This document shows positions 9,341 through 18,634 of a stretch of DNA of 64,000 nt, in pieces. The position numbers were made by a program, and so were the translations under genes. Source of the DNA: Sedimentisphaerales bacterium. GTDB taxonomy: Bacteria; Planctomycetota; Phycisphaerae; Sedimentisphaerales; SM23-30. Position 1 is the stretch's first letter; every line of letters begins with the position of its first letter. The stretch spans positions 1-64,000 of the forward strand of contig CAXXFK010000038.1 of NCBI GenBank assembly GCA_963663965.2, read 5' to 3'. A model generated the notes under the pieces. That model was not told the DNA's origin. It made no database searches and saw only the letters and a program-made list of their open reading frames with translations.

Positions 9341-12088
9341 ATGGTTTTTAAAAGAGTAGGTGTCCGGCTGGGATTGGTTGGGATAATGGTTGCGTTGCTG
9401 GCCGGGATGGGCTGGGGAAAGTATTCGGGGGGAGCGGGGACGGAGGCGGATCCTTATCAGATTGCGACGGCGGGGGATTTGATTGCGCTGGGGGAGAATA
9501 CGGGGGATTATGATAAGTATTTTATTCTGACGGCGGATATTGATCTGGGGGAGGCTGGGCCTAGAGTAGATGGATCATTTTCCTATGCGTTGATCAGGAA
9601 ATCTTTTACTGGGGTCTTAGATGGGGGTGGACACATTATTTATAATCTAAAGATATCAAATGCAGATGTTGATTTTATGGGTTTATGCGGAGAACTTGGG
9701 CCGGAAGGACAAATCAAGAACCTGGGATTGGAAAAAGTTATCATTCAGGGAAGATTGTATATCGGTGGGATTTGCGGCAGATGTTATGGAACGATTTCCA
9801 AATGTTTTGTAAGAGGTGAGGTAATAAGTAACGATTTGGTTGGTTATGTAGGAGGATTTTGTGGCTGGAATTCAGGAACTATTATTCAGTGTTATACTGA
9901 TGTTGAGGTTGAGAATAATAATAGTAGTTGTGGAGGATTCTGTGGATCGAATTATATTGGCGTAATTACAGAATGTTACTCAACTAGTACGGTATCAAGC
10001 TTATTTAGCGATGGAGGAGGATTTTGTAATTATAATAACGGCACAATTACTAATTGCTTCTGGGATATAGGAGTTTCAGGACGTACAATTAGTGACGGTG
10101 GAACTGGACTGACAACAGAAGAAATGTTGGATATCCAGACTTATCTGGATGCCGGTTGGGATTTCAGTGAGGATGATGGTGATCCGGTTGGCTGGTTGAT
10201 TTTCAGCAGTAATTATCCAGTTCTTCTATGGCACCCTCAAATTGCGGTTCCAGATGTGGTTGGCATTGGGTGGAAAGAAGCTGAAGCAATATTAACTGAT
10301 TCTGGATTTTATGTTGAATTTGAAGAGGAGATATCGACAGAAGTGCCGGTGGGAAATATTATCAGGCAGTCTCCAACCGGAAATGAAAAAGTTGCTGTTG
10401 GTTTAATAATTAAACCGGTAATATCTCGTGGGCTGCCTTGTGAAGGTAGTGGTACGGAACTGGATCCGTATCAAATAGGGACAATTTTTCAATGGAAATG
10501 GCTTGCTGAGACGCGAGAAGTCTGGGATAGGTATTTCATTTTGACGGCGAACCTGGATTTTAAAGGGATGGAGATTCAACCGGTTGGGTGCTTCAGATAC
10601 GGATATAGCAATGTACATGAACCGTTTTCAGGTGTATTGGAGGGCAATGGTCATACTATGGAGCACATCAAAATGGCGTATAATGGACCATATACTCAAG
10701 ATAATGTTGGATTTGGCCTGTTTGCGTTTTTGGATGGGGCCATTATTCGCAATTTGGGTTTAGTTGATATTGATATGGAATTTGGGGAAAAACAAATTGA
10801 TCATATCGATGCAGGTTGCCTGGCGGGGCATATCAGTGATATTGATCCTTATTCAAATGGCGCCGTTATTGAAAACTGCTATGTGACTGGTAAGGTATCG
10901 GGAAAGATTAATTATGGCGGAGTTGGTGGGTTGGTTGGATCAAATCGATACGGAAATATACGGAATTGTTATTCTGATTGTGTAATTGATGTAGTCACTC
11001 ATTCTTCACAGGGTTACGCCGCTGCACTAGTTGGTTTCGCTATATTCGAAGGGAATACGATTGAGCGATCTTTCTGGAATAGCGATAAGATGATTGATGG
11101 TTTGGGACACTGGAGAGATACCTCCATTATCGATTCATGGGGATTAACCACGAAGATGATAACAGAGAGTGATATGTATTTGTCCATGGGATGGGACTTT
11201 GTGGGTGAAAGTCAGAATGGCACGAATGATATCTGGCATATGCCATGGGGTCAGGCCGGACCGCCTATATTGTGGAATCAGAAGGATATTCCTGGTGATA
11301 TAGCCGGCGAATATGGGATTGATTTAACGGATTATGATATGATGGCAAGGGGATGGCTCGATGAATATGGATTTGATAATCTGGCTGATATTGCTGTAAA
11401 CTGGCTGGAGGGATTGCAGACTCTGGAAATCAGTTATCTGGTTGGATATTGGCCTTTTGATGTGGATAGTGAGGATAAAGTGGATGTTAATGACAGCAAC
11501 TTGTTGAATGGCGCATCCATTACAACTGAACCGGGGGAGGTTCTTATGGGCGGGGGGGCACTTCGATTGGATGGACTGGATGATGTTGCGGATTGTGGAC
11601 AAAACCAAACTCTTTTATCGATTCCCAATTTAGCAGTTTCTATGTGGATCAAAGCGGATGAGGTTTCGTTGACGAAGACGATGCAGTTGATGGGGCAGCG
11701 GGATTTGGCTAGTCATGTGTGGAGTTTGCAGTTGTGGGGGGCGCAGAGCGGGCATTTGACGGGGTTTGTGGGGGGGAGTGAGGATTATGCGTTGACGGAG
11801 ACGGTGTTTACGCCGGAGGCGGGGCGGTGGACTCATGTGGCGATGATGTATGATGATCTGGGGGATCGGAAGGTACATATCTATGTGGATGGGGTGGAGG
11901 TGGAGACGGTGCAGCAGACGGCAGTGAGTGGGGATCGGGTGATTGATACGACGATTCCGGTGACGATCGGGGATCGGGTTGGTGGTGGCAGAGCGTTTGG
12001 GGGGAATATTGACGATGTGCGGATTTACCGGCGGGTGTTGAGCGGGGAGGAGATTATGGAATTGGTAGAGATGGGATCAGAGCAATGA
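9341..12088 (+). CDS. Secreted modular protein: GLUG-type beta-helix x2, PASTA domain, dockerin-like motif, LamG domain
   Basis: Signal peptide; YSGGAGTEADPYQI / GSGTELDPYQI...YFILTA(D/N)(I/L)D repeats; VGGxxGxN motifs; IAVPDVVG...VPVGNIIRQSP (PASTA); LVGYWPFD...WTHVA...IDDVRIY (LamG). AGGAG RBS favours ATG 9341. Confidence 0.8.
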   Translation: MVFKRVGVRLGLVGIMVALLAGMGWGKYSGGAGTEADPYQIATAGDLIALGENTGDYDKYFILTADIDLGEAGPRVDGSFSYALIRKSFTGVLDGGGHIIYNLKISNADVDFMGLCGELGPEGQIKNLGLEKVIIQGRLYIGGICGRCYGTISKCFVRGEVISNDLVGYVGGFCGWNSGTIIQCYTDVEVENNNSSCGGFCGSNYIGVITECYSTSTVSSLFSDGGGFCNYNNGTITNCFWDIGVSGRTISDGGTGLTTEEMLDIQTYLDAGWDFSEDDGDPVGWLIFSSNYPVLLWHPQIAVPDVVGIGWKEAEAILTDSGFYVEFEEEISTEVPVGNIIRQSPTGNEKVAVGLIIKPVISRGLPCEGSGTELDPYQIGTIFQWKWLAETREVWDRYFILTANLDFKGMEIQPVGCFRYGYSNVHEPFSGVLEGNGHTMEHIKMAYNGPYTQDNVGFGLFAFLDGAIIRNLGLVDIDMEFGEKQIDHIDAGCLAGHISDIDPYSNGAVIENCYVTGKVSGKINYGGVGGLVGSNRYGNIRNCYSDCVIDVVTHSSQGYAAALVGFAIFEGNTIERSFWNSDKMIDGLGHWRDTSIIDSWGLTTKMITESDMYLSMGWDFVGESQNGTNDIWHMPWGQAGPPILWNQKDIPGDIAGEYGIDLTDYDMMARGWLDEYGFDNLADIAVNWLEGLQTLEISYLVGYWPFDVDSEDKVDVNDSNLLNGASITTEPGEVLMGGGALRLDGLDDVADCGQNQTLLSIPNLAVSMWIKADEVSLTKTMQLMGQRDLASHVWSLQLWGAQSGHLTGFVGGSEDYALTETVFTPEAGRWTHVAMMYDDLGDRKVHIYVDGVEVETVQQTAVSGDRVIDTTIPVTIGDRVGGGRAFGGNIDDVRIYRRVLSGEEIMELVEMGSEQ

Positions 12089-12104
12089 TATTCTGGAGTA
12101 AGTT

Positions 12105-13028
12105 ATGCAATTAAAAGATATTTTGAAGGCAATGCTGTTGCTATTGACAATGATGTTGATTTGTCCTGGATATGGAGTGATTCAGGTCGATCAGTCGCAG
12201 CGGGAGTGTCCGGGTGATACGGACTGGAATGGCGGGATGCAGACGTTTACGGCCGGGATGAACGGGATGCTGACTGGGATTGCGTTGCATTTGCGTGAAA
12301 TGGGGATTACGCAGGTTGGCAGCGATATCCACCTGACTCTGCTGGCGACCGATGAGCATACCAATCCAAGTAATGACAAGATTCTGGCGGAAGGAACCTG
12401 GGCCTGTTCGGGGAATGGCGAGCAGGCGGGTTGGGTGTCGATTTATTTCGATCAACCTTATCCCCAGAAATATGGAGAGTTGCTGGCGTTTCGGATTGAA
12501 GAAACGAGTGGCGGGGTCAATAACGGATATAATCATTACAGTTATTCGGATCTGGATCCTTATCCCTATGGAAAATTTTATTGGCAGAACAAAGCCCAGG
12601 AGGACTACGACCTGGCCTTTGAAACCCTGGTGGATGCTGATGAGGGGCTGTTTTTGATGGCACCCAATGAGGGGCGTTATGTTAAGTCCGGGGATGTTGT
12701 CGATATACGTTGGGAATCGGCCGGACGGGTGACCCGGGTGAATCTCTATTATTCACTGGATGGCGGAGGGCAATGGACGCTGCTGGTCAAGCAGACGTTG
12801 AACGATGGGTATCATGCCTGGAAGACGGGTTTGACGCTTGAAGCCGAGGCGTGTCTGATCAAAATTGAAAATTCGTTTCAGACGTCCATGTTCGATACCA
12901 GTGATCGGCCGTTTCAGATTTATCCATGCAGCGCCGGTTTGACGGCGGATTTGAGCGGCGATTGTTTTGTGGATCTGGAAGATTTTCAGATATTCTGCCA
13001 GCAATGGTTGACCGATGGGGAAATCTAA
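12105..13028 (+). CDS. Secreted protein with Ig-like (Ser-Thr-rich/Kre9-like) domain and C-terminal dockerin-like motif; paralog 1
   Basis: Signal peptide; APNEG..IRW..YSLDGG.QW..NDG.Y.W; C-terminal ADLSGDCFVDLEDFQIFCQQWL. Confidence 0.75.
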   Translation: MQLKDILKAMLLLLTMMLICPGYGVIQVDQSQRECPGDTDWNGGMQTFTAGMNGMLTGIALHLREMGITQVGSDIHLTLLATDEHTNPSNDKILAEGTWACSGNGEQAGWVSIYFDQPYPQKYGELLAFRIEETSGGVNNGYNHYSYSDLDPYPYGKFYWQNKAQEDYDLAFETLVDADEGLFLMAPNEGRYVKSGDVVDIRWESAGRVTRVNLYYSLDGGGQWTLLVKQTLNDGYHAWKTGLTLEAEACLIKIENSFQTSMFDTSDRPFQIYPCSAGLTADLSGDCFVDLEDFQIFCQQWLTDGEI

Positions 13029-13107
13029 GGTGATTCAGGAAATGAAGCTGTTTAATCGTACTGATGTTAGCGGATATGGTTATTTTACTGATATAAAGGT
13101 GTGATTG

Positions 13108-14028
13108 ATGAAGGTAACAATGATGATTCGACTGATGGTACTGGCGGTGGTAGTGCTGTACGCATACGGGTATGGCGATGTTATCGTGGACCAGTCGCAA
13201 CGAGAGTATGATTATTCGAATGATTTTGTAGGAGTTAAACAGACTTTTACAACAGGGATGGATGGGCTGTTGGTGGGAATATCGGTAAAGTTGATCGAAG
13301 AAGGCGGGAATAAAGTTGGTAGCGATATTGTAATGAAATTATTGCCGACGGATGATGAAGGATACCCGATTGATGAAGAGGTTCTGGCCGAGGGCCGGTG
13401 GGCGTGTTCAGGTATTAGAGATGGTCTGGCAAAATGGGCGACGGTATATTTTGATGAACCTTATGTCCAGGAAACCGGTGAACTGTTGGCATTTCATTGT
13501 TATTCAACCAGTGGAGGGGGGCAAAATGGGTGGAATATGTTCTGTTATTTTCAATCGGAAGATCTTTATCCATTTGGTGGATTTGCTCTTGGTAAATTGG
13601 ACCTGGCATTTGAAACTTTTGTAGACCCAGATATGTTGATTAAATTACAGGCGCCCAATGGGGGTGAGTATTATAAGTCGGGAGAAGAGATTAATATCTT
13701 GTGGCGTTCTAATGGACTTGACGCGGCAAAGGTAGATATCTATTATTCAACGAATGACGGCGCCAGATGGACGCTACTGGCCGGAGGAACCCAGAATGAT
13801 GGCGTTTATACCTGGAAGACAGACTCGGCGATAGACTCTGAACAGTGTCTGGTAAAAGTGGTAAATACTTCGGGAACATCGATGTATGATGTGAGTGAGG
13901 GGGTTTTTACGATTTACCCGTGCAGCTTTGCATTGACGGGGGATTTGAACGGCGATTGTTTTGTCGATGTGGGTGATTTGCTGGTATTCAGTCAACAGTG
14001 GCTGACCGATGGTTTTATAGAGGATTAA
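13108..14028 (+). CDS. Secreted protein, tandem paralog 2 of 12105..13028
   Basis: Same architecture and nearly the same length; shared VDQSQRE, QTFTxGMxGxLxGI, VGSDI, DLAFET, IYPCS...DLxGDCFVD...QQWLTDG. Confidence 0.78.
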   Translation: MKVTMMIRLMVLAVVVLYAYGYGDVIVDQSQREYDYSNDFVGVKQTFTTGMDGLLVGISVKLIEEGGNKVGSDIVMKLLPTDDEGYPIDEEVLAEGRWACSGIRDGLAKWATVYFDEPYVQETGELLAFHCYSTSGGGQNGWNMFCYFQSEDLYPFGGFALGKLDLAFETFVDPDMLIKLQAPNGGEYYKSGEEINILWRSNGLDAAKVDIYYSTNDGARWTLLAGGTQNDGVYTWKTDSAIDSEQCLVKVVNTSGTSMYDVSEGVFTIYPCSFALTGDLNGDCFVDVGDLLVFSQQWLTDGFIED

Positions 14029-14162
14029 GATTTTTAAGAGTAATTCTAATTATTGAGCAGGCAAATTTCTAAAGCGTTCAAAATCATTTGTGGCCGATAA
14101 ATACAGGTTCGGGATTTTGTGGTTCGGGATTTTATTGTGGTGGTTTTTCGGGTAAATATTTG

Positions 14163-14178
14163 TGGTACGGATATTGCT
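14163..14178 (+). promoter_or_regulatory. Putative sigma54 (-24/-12) promoter
   Basis: TGGTACGGATATTGCT matches TGGCAC-N5-TTGCW with exact GG-N10-GC spacing. Confidence 0.6.
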
Positions 14179-14299
14179 TTAACAAATAGGTAAGACTGGA
14201 AAGAAATGAGAGAGATGAGTGTAAGTAGTTTAAAGTTAAAGCGATAGGAACTGTTGAGCCGTTGTGATGATCGTTTGAGGGACAAAGAGAGTCACAATA

Positions 14300-15880
14300 G
14301 TGTTCAAAACCACAGACAGGCGTACAATAATGTTACATACCCAACGAGATCATCGGCAGCAATTGAGTTGTTTATATCGTATCGCCAAGCTAATCGGCCA
14401 GCAGCAGGGGCATCGGGTGATGCTGCAGAGTGTGTTGGATTGCCTGGAAGAGGGTTTGGGGATGCATCGCGGGACGGTGATGCTGACTACGCAGGATGGT
14501 TCGGAATTGACCGTGGAAGCGACCCGGGATCTGGATCAGGTGAATCAGAATGTGCCGCGGTATCGTCGGGGAGAAGGGATTACCGGCCAGGTTTTGCAGA
14601 CGGGTCAGGCGGCGATAATCCCCAATATTGTCGAGGAACCGGGTTTCCAGGGACGGATCCACCGCCGGCAGGCGCCGCTGGACCATCGGATCAGCTTTAT
14701 TTGTGTGCCAATCAGTTTTGAAAATGAAGTGGTGGGTACGCTGGCCGTGGATATGCATTGCCATGATGATGAGGAGTTGCAGGAAGCCAAGCAGTTATTG
14801 AGTATGGTTTCGGTGATGATTGCCAACGATGTGAAGTCGCGGCGCAGCGCTCAACTGCAAAGGCAGAAACTGGAAGATGAGAATATCCGGTTGCGGCGGG
14901 AACTGGGAGAGATCTACCGGCCGGAGAATATTATCGGTAATTCGCACGCCATGCAGCGGATCTACGATAATATCCGTAAAGTGGCTGGGACCGATACGAC
15001 GGTATTGATCCGGGGAGAATCGGGGACCGGGAAGGAACTGGTGGCGTCGGCGATCCATTATGGTGGGCCGCGAAAGGACAGGCCGTTTGTAAAGGTGAAT
15101 TGCGCGGCGCTGACCGAAACCCTGCTGGAGAGCGAATTGTTCGGGCATGAAAAAGGGGCCTTTACCGGGGCGGTGCAGACCCGGATAGGACGGATTGAGG
15201 AAGCGGATGGCGGGACGCTGTTTCTGGATGAGGTTGGCGAGTTTTCGCAATCGGTGCAGGTGAAACTATTACGGGTGTTGCAGGAGCGGGAATTTGAGCG
15301 AGTGGGCAGTAATCAGACGCGCAAGTCTAATATCCGGATTGTGGCGGCGACGAATCGCAATCTGGAAGAAGCGGTGGAGTCTGGTAAGTTTCGCCAGGAT
15401 CTGTATTACCGAATCAATGTGTTTTCGATCTATTTGCCGCCATTGAGTGAGCGGCGGGGCGATATACTGCTGCTGGCGGACCATTTTGTGGAGAAGTATG
15501 CCCAGCGAATGAATAAGGAGGTGCGACGGATCAGTACGGCGGCGATTAATATGATGCTGTCGTATCACTGGCCGGGCAATGTGCGCGAATTGGAGAATTG
15601 TATCGAGCATGCCGTTTTGTTGAGTACGGATGATGTGATTCATGGCTATAACCTGCCGCCAACGCTGCAAACGCCCAGTATCCAGGGGAATGAGCCGGTG
15701 AGTTCGTTGAAGACCTGTATCGCGCAACTGGAGCGGGATATGATTATCGACGCATTAAAGCGGAATGACGGCCGGATTAATAATGCCGCTGATGATCTGG
15801 GGATTACTTCGCGGATGGTTCGTTATAAGATCGAAAAGTTGAATATCCATTATCGTGAGTTGTTCAAGAAGAAACATTGA
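14300..15880 (+). CDS. sigma54-dependent enhancer-binding protein, GAF-AAA+-HTH (NifA-like)
   Basis: GAF ([15 protein letters not shown]); [47 protein letters not shown]; Fis-type HTH. Confidence 0.92.
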   Translation: MFKTTDRRTIMLHTQRDHRQQLSCLYRIAKLIGQQQGHRVMLQSVLDCLEEGLGMHRGTVMLTTQDGSELTVEATRDLDQVNQNVPRYRRGEGITGQVLQTGQAAIIPNIVEEPGFQGRIHRRQAPLDHRISFICVPISFENEVVGTLAVDMHCHDDEELQEAKQLLSMVSVMIANDVKSRRSAQLQRQKLEDENIRLRRELGEIYRPENIIGNSHAMQRIYDNIRKVAGTDTTVLIRGESGTGKELVASAIHYGGPRKDRPFVKVNCAALTETLLESELFGHEKGAFTGAVQTRIGRIEEADGGTLFLDEVGEFSQSVQVKLLRVLQEREFERVGSNQTRKSNIRIVAATNRNLEEAVESGKFRQDLYYRINVFSIYLPPLSERRGDILLLADHFVEKYAQRMNKEVRRISTAAINMMLSYHWPGNVRELENCIEHAVLLSTDDVIHGYNLPPTLQTPSIQGNEPVSSLKTCIAQLERDMIIDALKRNDGRINNAADDLGITSRMVRYKIEKLNIHYRELFKKKH

Positions 15881-16320
15881 ACTGATACCGTTTGATTTTT
15901 TGATCCCCCCCAGAATAGTCTATTTTACTAAACTGCCTGATGATTCATGCAGAAAATCAGAAAAATTGTAACGTGTTTCGTATAAGAATGTTACAGAGTC
16001 GAGCTGATTTATTTATGTTTTTTTAATAAAAAACGGGAAATTAATATTTTTTAATTCCAATTTTTCAGATACAATATAATCTGTTGAATATAAAGAGAAT
16101 AAGTGTATGAGCAGAATTTTCCTGTGATGGGCTCATAAGCGTGTGTTCAGGAGATATCAGAGAAAGACATGTCTTACGTAGCATTAGGGTGATATTTACG
16201 CATCAATGATAAATCTGGGATCATTGCATAATTATTTAAGTGTTAATGCAATTAAACTGAGTTAGTTTTGTTTTCATAATGTTATTACTAAACGGATTGA
16301 ATCAATCCAAAGGAGCCAAA

Positions 16321-18438
16321 ATGAAACAGAAGCGGAATATGTTATTAAAATGGTTGTGGATATTCATGTTGTTTCCCATGGTGGTATGGTCAGAGTTGAC
16401 CCCGGTCTTTGAGTATTCATTTCCGGCGTCGTTCGATGGAACGTCAACGGCGATTGTGGACCTGAGCGCGGCGGGAAACAACGGAACGATGGATAATGCC
16501 AGGGGGTACCTGGCCGGTGATGTGCCGCCGGGCGGTACGGGCGGATCTATTACGGGTTCGAGTGGCGGACATGGCCGAACGGATGCGATCGATCTGCTGG
16601 AAAACGCTGACGTGGCGGCGCATGGCGGCTTTACGATGGATGTCTGGTTTTACTGGCCGGGTACTTATACGAATGTTCGTAAGTTGCTGGATTATGCCGG
16701 TACCGAACATCTCAGTACCATAAGCGGTACTATCCGATTTATGATTTCAAACTCTGCCAGTCAGACGATAGCCGTTCCGATTGAATCGGGTAAATGGTAT
16801 CATGTGATTGCTGAATTCGACTGCGGAGGTAACGCGGTTGAGGCGGATGGAAAACTATATGGGGAATCGCGCTTGTGGCTGGATGATCTGTCGGGTGATG
16901 GTCTGGTGCTGGCGGCTTCGGCATCAACCTATAAATCGATTTATGGCGATTCGCTGAACCGGCCGATAGGAATTAATCGCTGGGCCGGTGGCGGTGGAGA
17001 CTGGAACCAGGGTAAGATTTATAATCCGGCAGTTTATCTGGGCATCAACCGTACAACCAGCTGGAATCCAACACCTGCCAATAATGCGACCCTGGTTTCG
17101 ATTGCGACCGATTTGAGTTGGATGGCGCCGGATGTCTATGTCGCGTCGGGGTATAATGTCTATTTCGATCCGAATCAGAGTAAGGTTGAGCAGAGGGATG
17201 TTACGACTTTGCTTGCCGAAAACATTGCTGAAACCAACTATAGTTTTGATGATTCTCTAGGCTATGAAACGACCTATTACTGGCGAGTCGATGCCTTTGA
17301 ACCGAATGCGACCGGGGATGATATTTTACATGACGGGAAGGTCTGGACATTTACAACTGAGCCGGAATTCCCCGTTGTGGATACCCACCCGCAAGACCAG
17401 ATTCTGGCAGAGGGCGAGATGGCTTTATTTACAGTTTCCGGGCGAAATCAAACGGATTATGCCTGGTATTATTCTGAAGATGAGATACTGGAGCCGGAAT
17501 CTGATGAATCGGTGGGCGGCAATAGCGCTACGCTGGCGATCGGACCGGTATCGGCTGAGAACGAAGGGTATATTTATTGTGTTTTATCGAATGGGGTAGG
17601 CAACGCCGTGAGTCAACCGGCCCTGCTGATGACCCGGCGATTAGTCGGGCGCTGGGAGTTTGAAAATACCCTGGCTGATACCCTGGGTGATCATGATGGC
17701 GTTGCGTTTGGTGATCCTAATTACGCGGCCGATAGTATCGCCGGCGGGCAGGCGCTGTTATTAAATGGTGCATCCGCAGTTGAGATCCCCTATTCTCAGG
17801 AGTTAAATACCGAGAGCTTTACGGTAATGGCCTGGGCTAATCTATCCGGCGGGGCGGGGGCTTATCGCGCGCTGGTCAGTAACCGGAATGATGTTCCGAA
17901 GCGCAGCTTTATTCTCTATGCCGCTTCTTCAGATAACTGGCAATTCTGGACGCCGACAATCACCGATGCCTGGACCGCTCTGGATGGCGGTGCCGCGGAA
18001 CTCGATACGTGGGTCTTTATTGCGTGCAGTTTCGAAGCGGATGGTCCGGCTGATGAGTATGGCTATGTGACGGGCACGAAATCGCTGTATATTAATGGCT
18101 TGAAGGTGGCCGAACAGTTAGAAGCCGATTATACTCGTAATATCGAGAGATCACTGCTGATTGGGGCCGGAGCCAATGAACTGCCTGATCACGATTACTT
18201 CTTCCAGGGACAGATCGATGATGTCCAGCTGTACAATTACGCGCTGGATCCGTTTGCGTTAGCGGAAGCGTATGTGCGGGTGATTCCAGAAGCCAAACTC
18301 TGCGTGAGTTATCCGATGATGGATATCACGGGACCCAACGGCGAGCCGGATTGCCGGGTTGATTTGCTGGATCTGGCCCTGTTTGCCGCTGACTGGATGG
18401 AATGTAATATTGTCAGTACGACGGGTGATTGCCAATAG
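16321..18438 (+). CDS. Secreted LamG/Fn3-like/Ig multidomain protein with dockerin-like tail
   Basis: AAGGAG RBS; signal peptide; two LamG-like regions; PTPANNAT...LSW...YNVYF...TYYWRVD...VWTFTT; C-terminal DITGPNGEPDCRVDLLDLALFAADWMEC. Confidence 0.8.
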   Translation: MKQKRNMLLKWLWIFMLFPMVVWSELTPVFEYSFPASFDGTSTAIVDLSAAGNNGTMDNARGYLAGDVPPGGTGGSITGSSGGHGRTDAIDLLENADVAAHGGFTMDVWFYWPGTYTNVRKLLDYAGTEHLSTISGTIRFMISNSASQTIAVPIESGKWYHVIAEFDCGGNAVEADGKLYGESRLWLDDLSGDGLVLAASASTYKSIYGDSLNRPIGINRWAGGGGDWNQGKIYNPAVYLGINRTTSWNPTPANNATLVSIATDLSWMAPDVYVASGYNVYFDPNQSKVEQRDVTTLLAENIAETNYSFDDSLGYETTYYWRVDAFEPNATGDDILHDGKVWTFTTEPEFPVVDTHPQDQILAEGEMALFTVSGRNQTDYAWYYSEDEILEPESDESVGGNSATLAIGPVSAENEGYIYCVLSNGVGNAVSQPALLMTRRLVGRWEFENTLADTLGDHDGVAFGDPNYAADSIAGGQALLLNGASAVEIPYSQELNTESFTVMAWANLSGGAGAYRALVSNRNDVPKRSFILYAASSDNWQFWTPTITDAWTALDGGAAELDTWVFIACSFEADGPADEYGYVTGTKSLYINGLKVAEQLEADYTRNIERSLLIGAGANELPDHDYFFQGQIDDVQLYNYALDPFALAEAYVRVIPEAKLCVSYPMMDITGPNGEPDCRVDLLDLALFAADWMECNIVSTTGDCQ

Positions 18439-18468
18439 ACCGATTTCGCTAACATTAATTTAATAAAT

Positions 18469-18505
18469 ACTGGGGAAACGATTCTGTTCGTTCCCCAGTT
18501 TTTTT
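18469..18505 (+). terminator. Intrinsic terminator
   Basis: ACTGGGGAA...TTCCCCAGT hairpin followed by a T tract. Confidence 0.75.
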
Positions 18506-18634
18506 GGTTCATATTTTTGATGAATCATCCTTGGTTATTGCTACTTGATTTTGATCGTGATACGGGTTATCTTGGGCTATACCAGTTACCAGGCAGTAAA
18601 CGCAATTGAATACGGTAATGAAAGGAATAGCGCC

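Noticed and set aside
12105..14028. Diversity-generating retroelement TR/VR pair
   Set aside because: The paralogs differ at all base types along their length, and no reverse transcriptase is present.
14300..15880. Calling the gene nifA / a nitrogen-fixation locus
   Set aside because: The architecture is shared by many GAF-type enhancer-binding proteins, and no nif genes are in the window.
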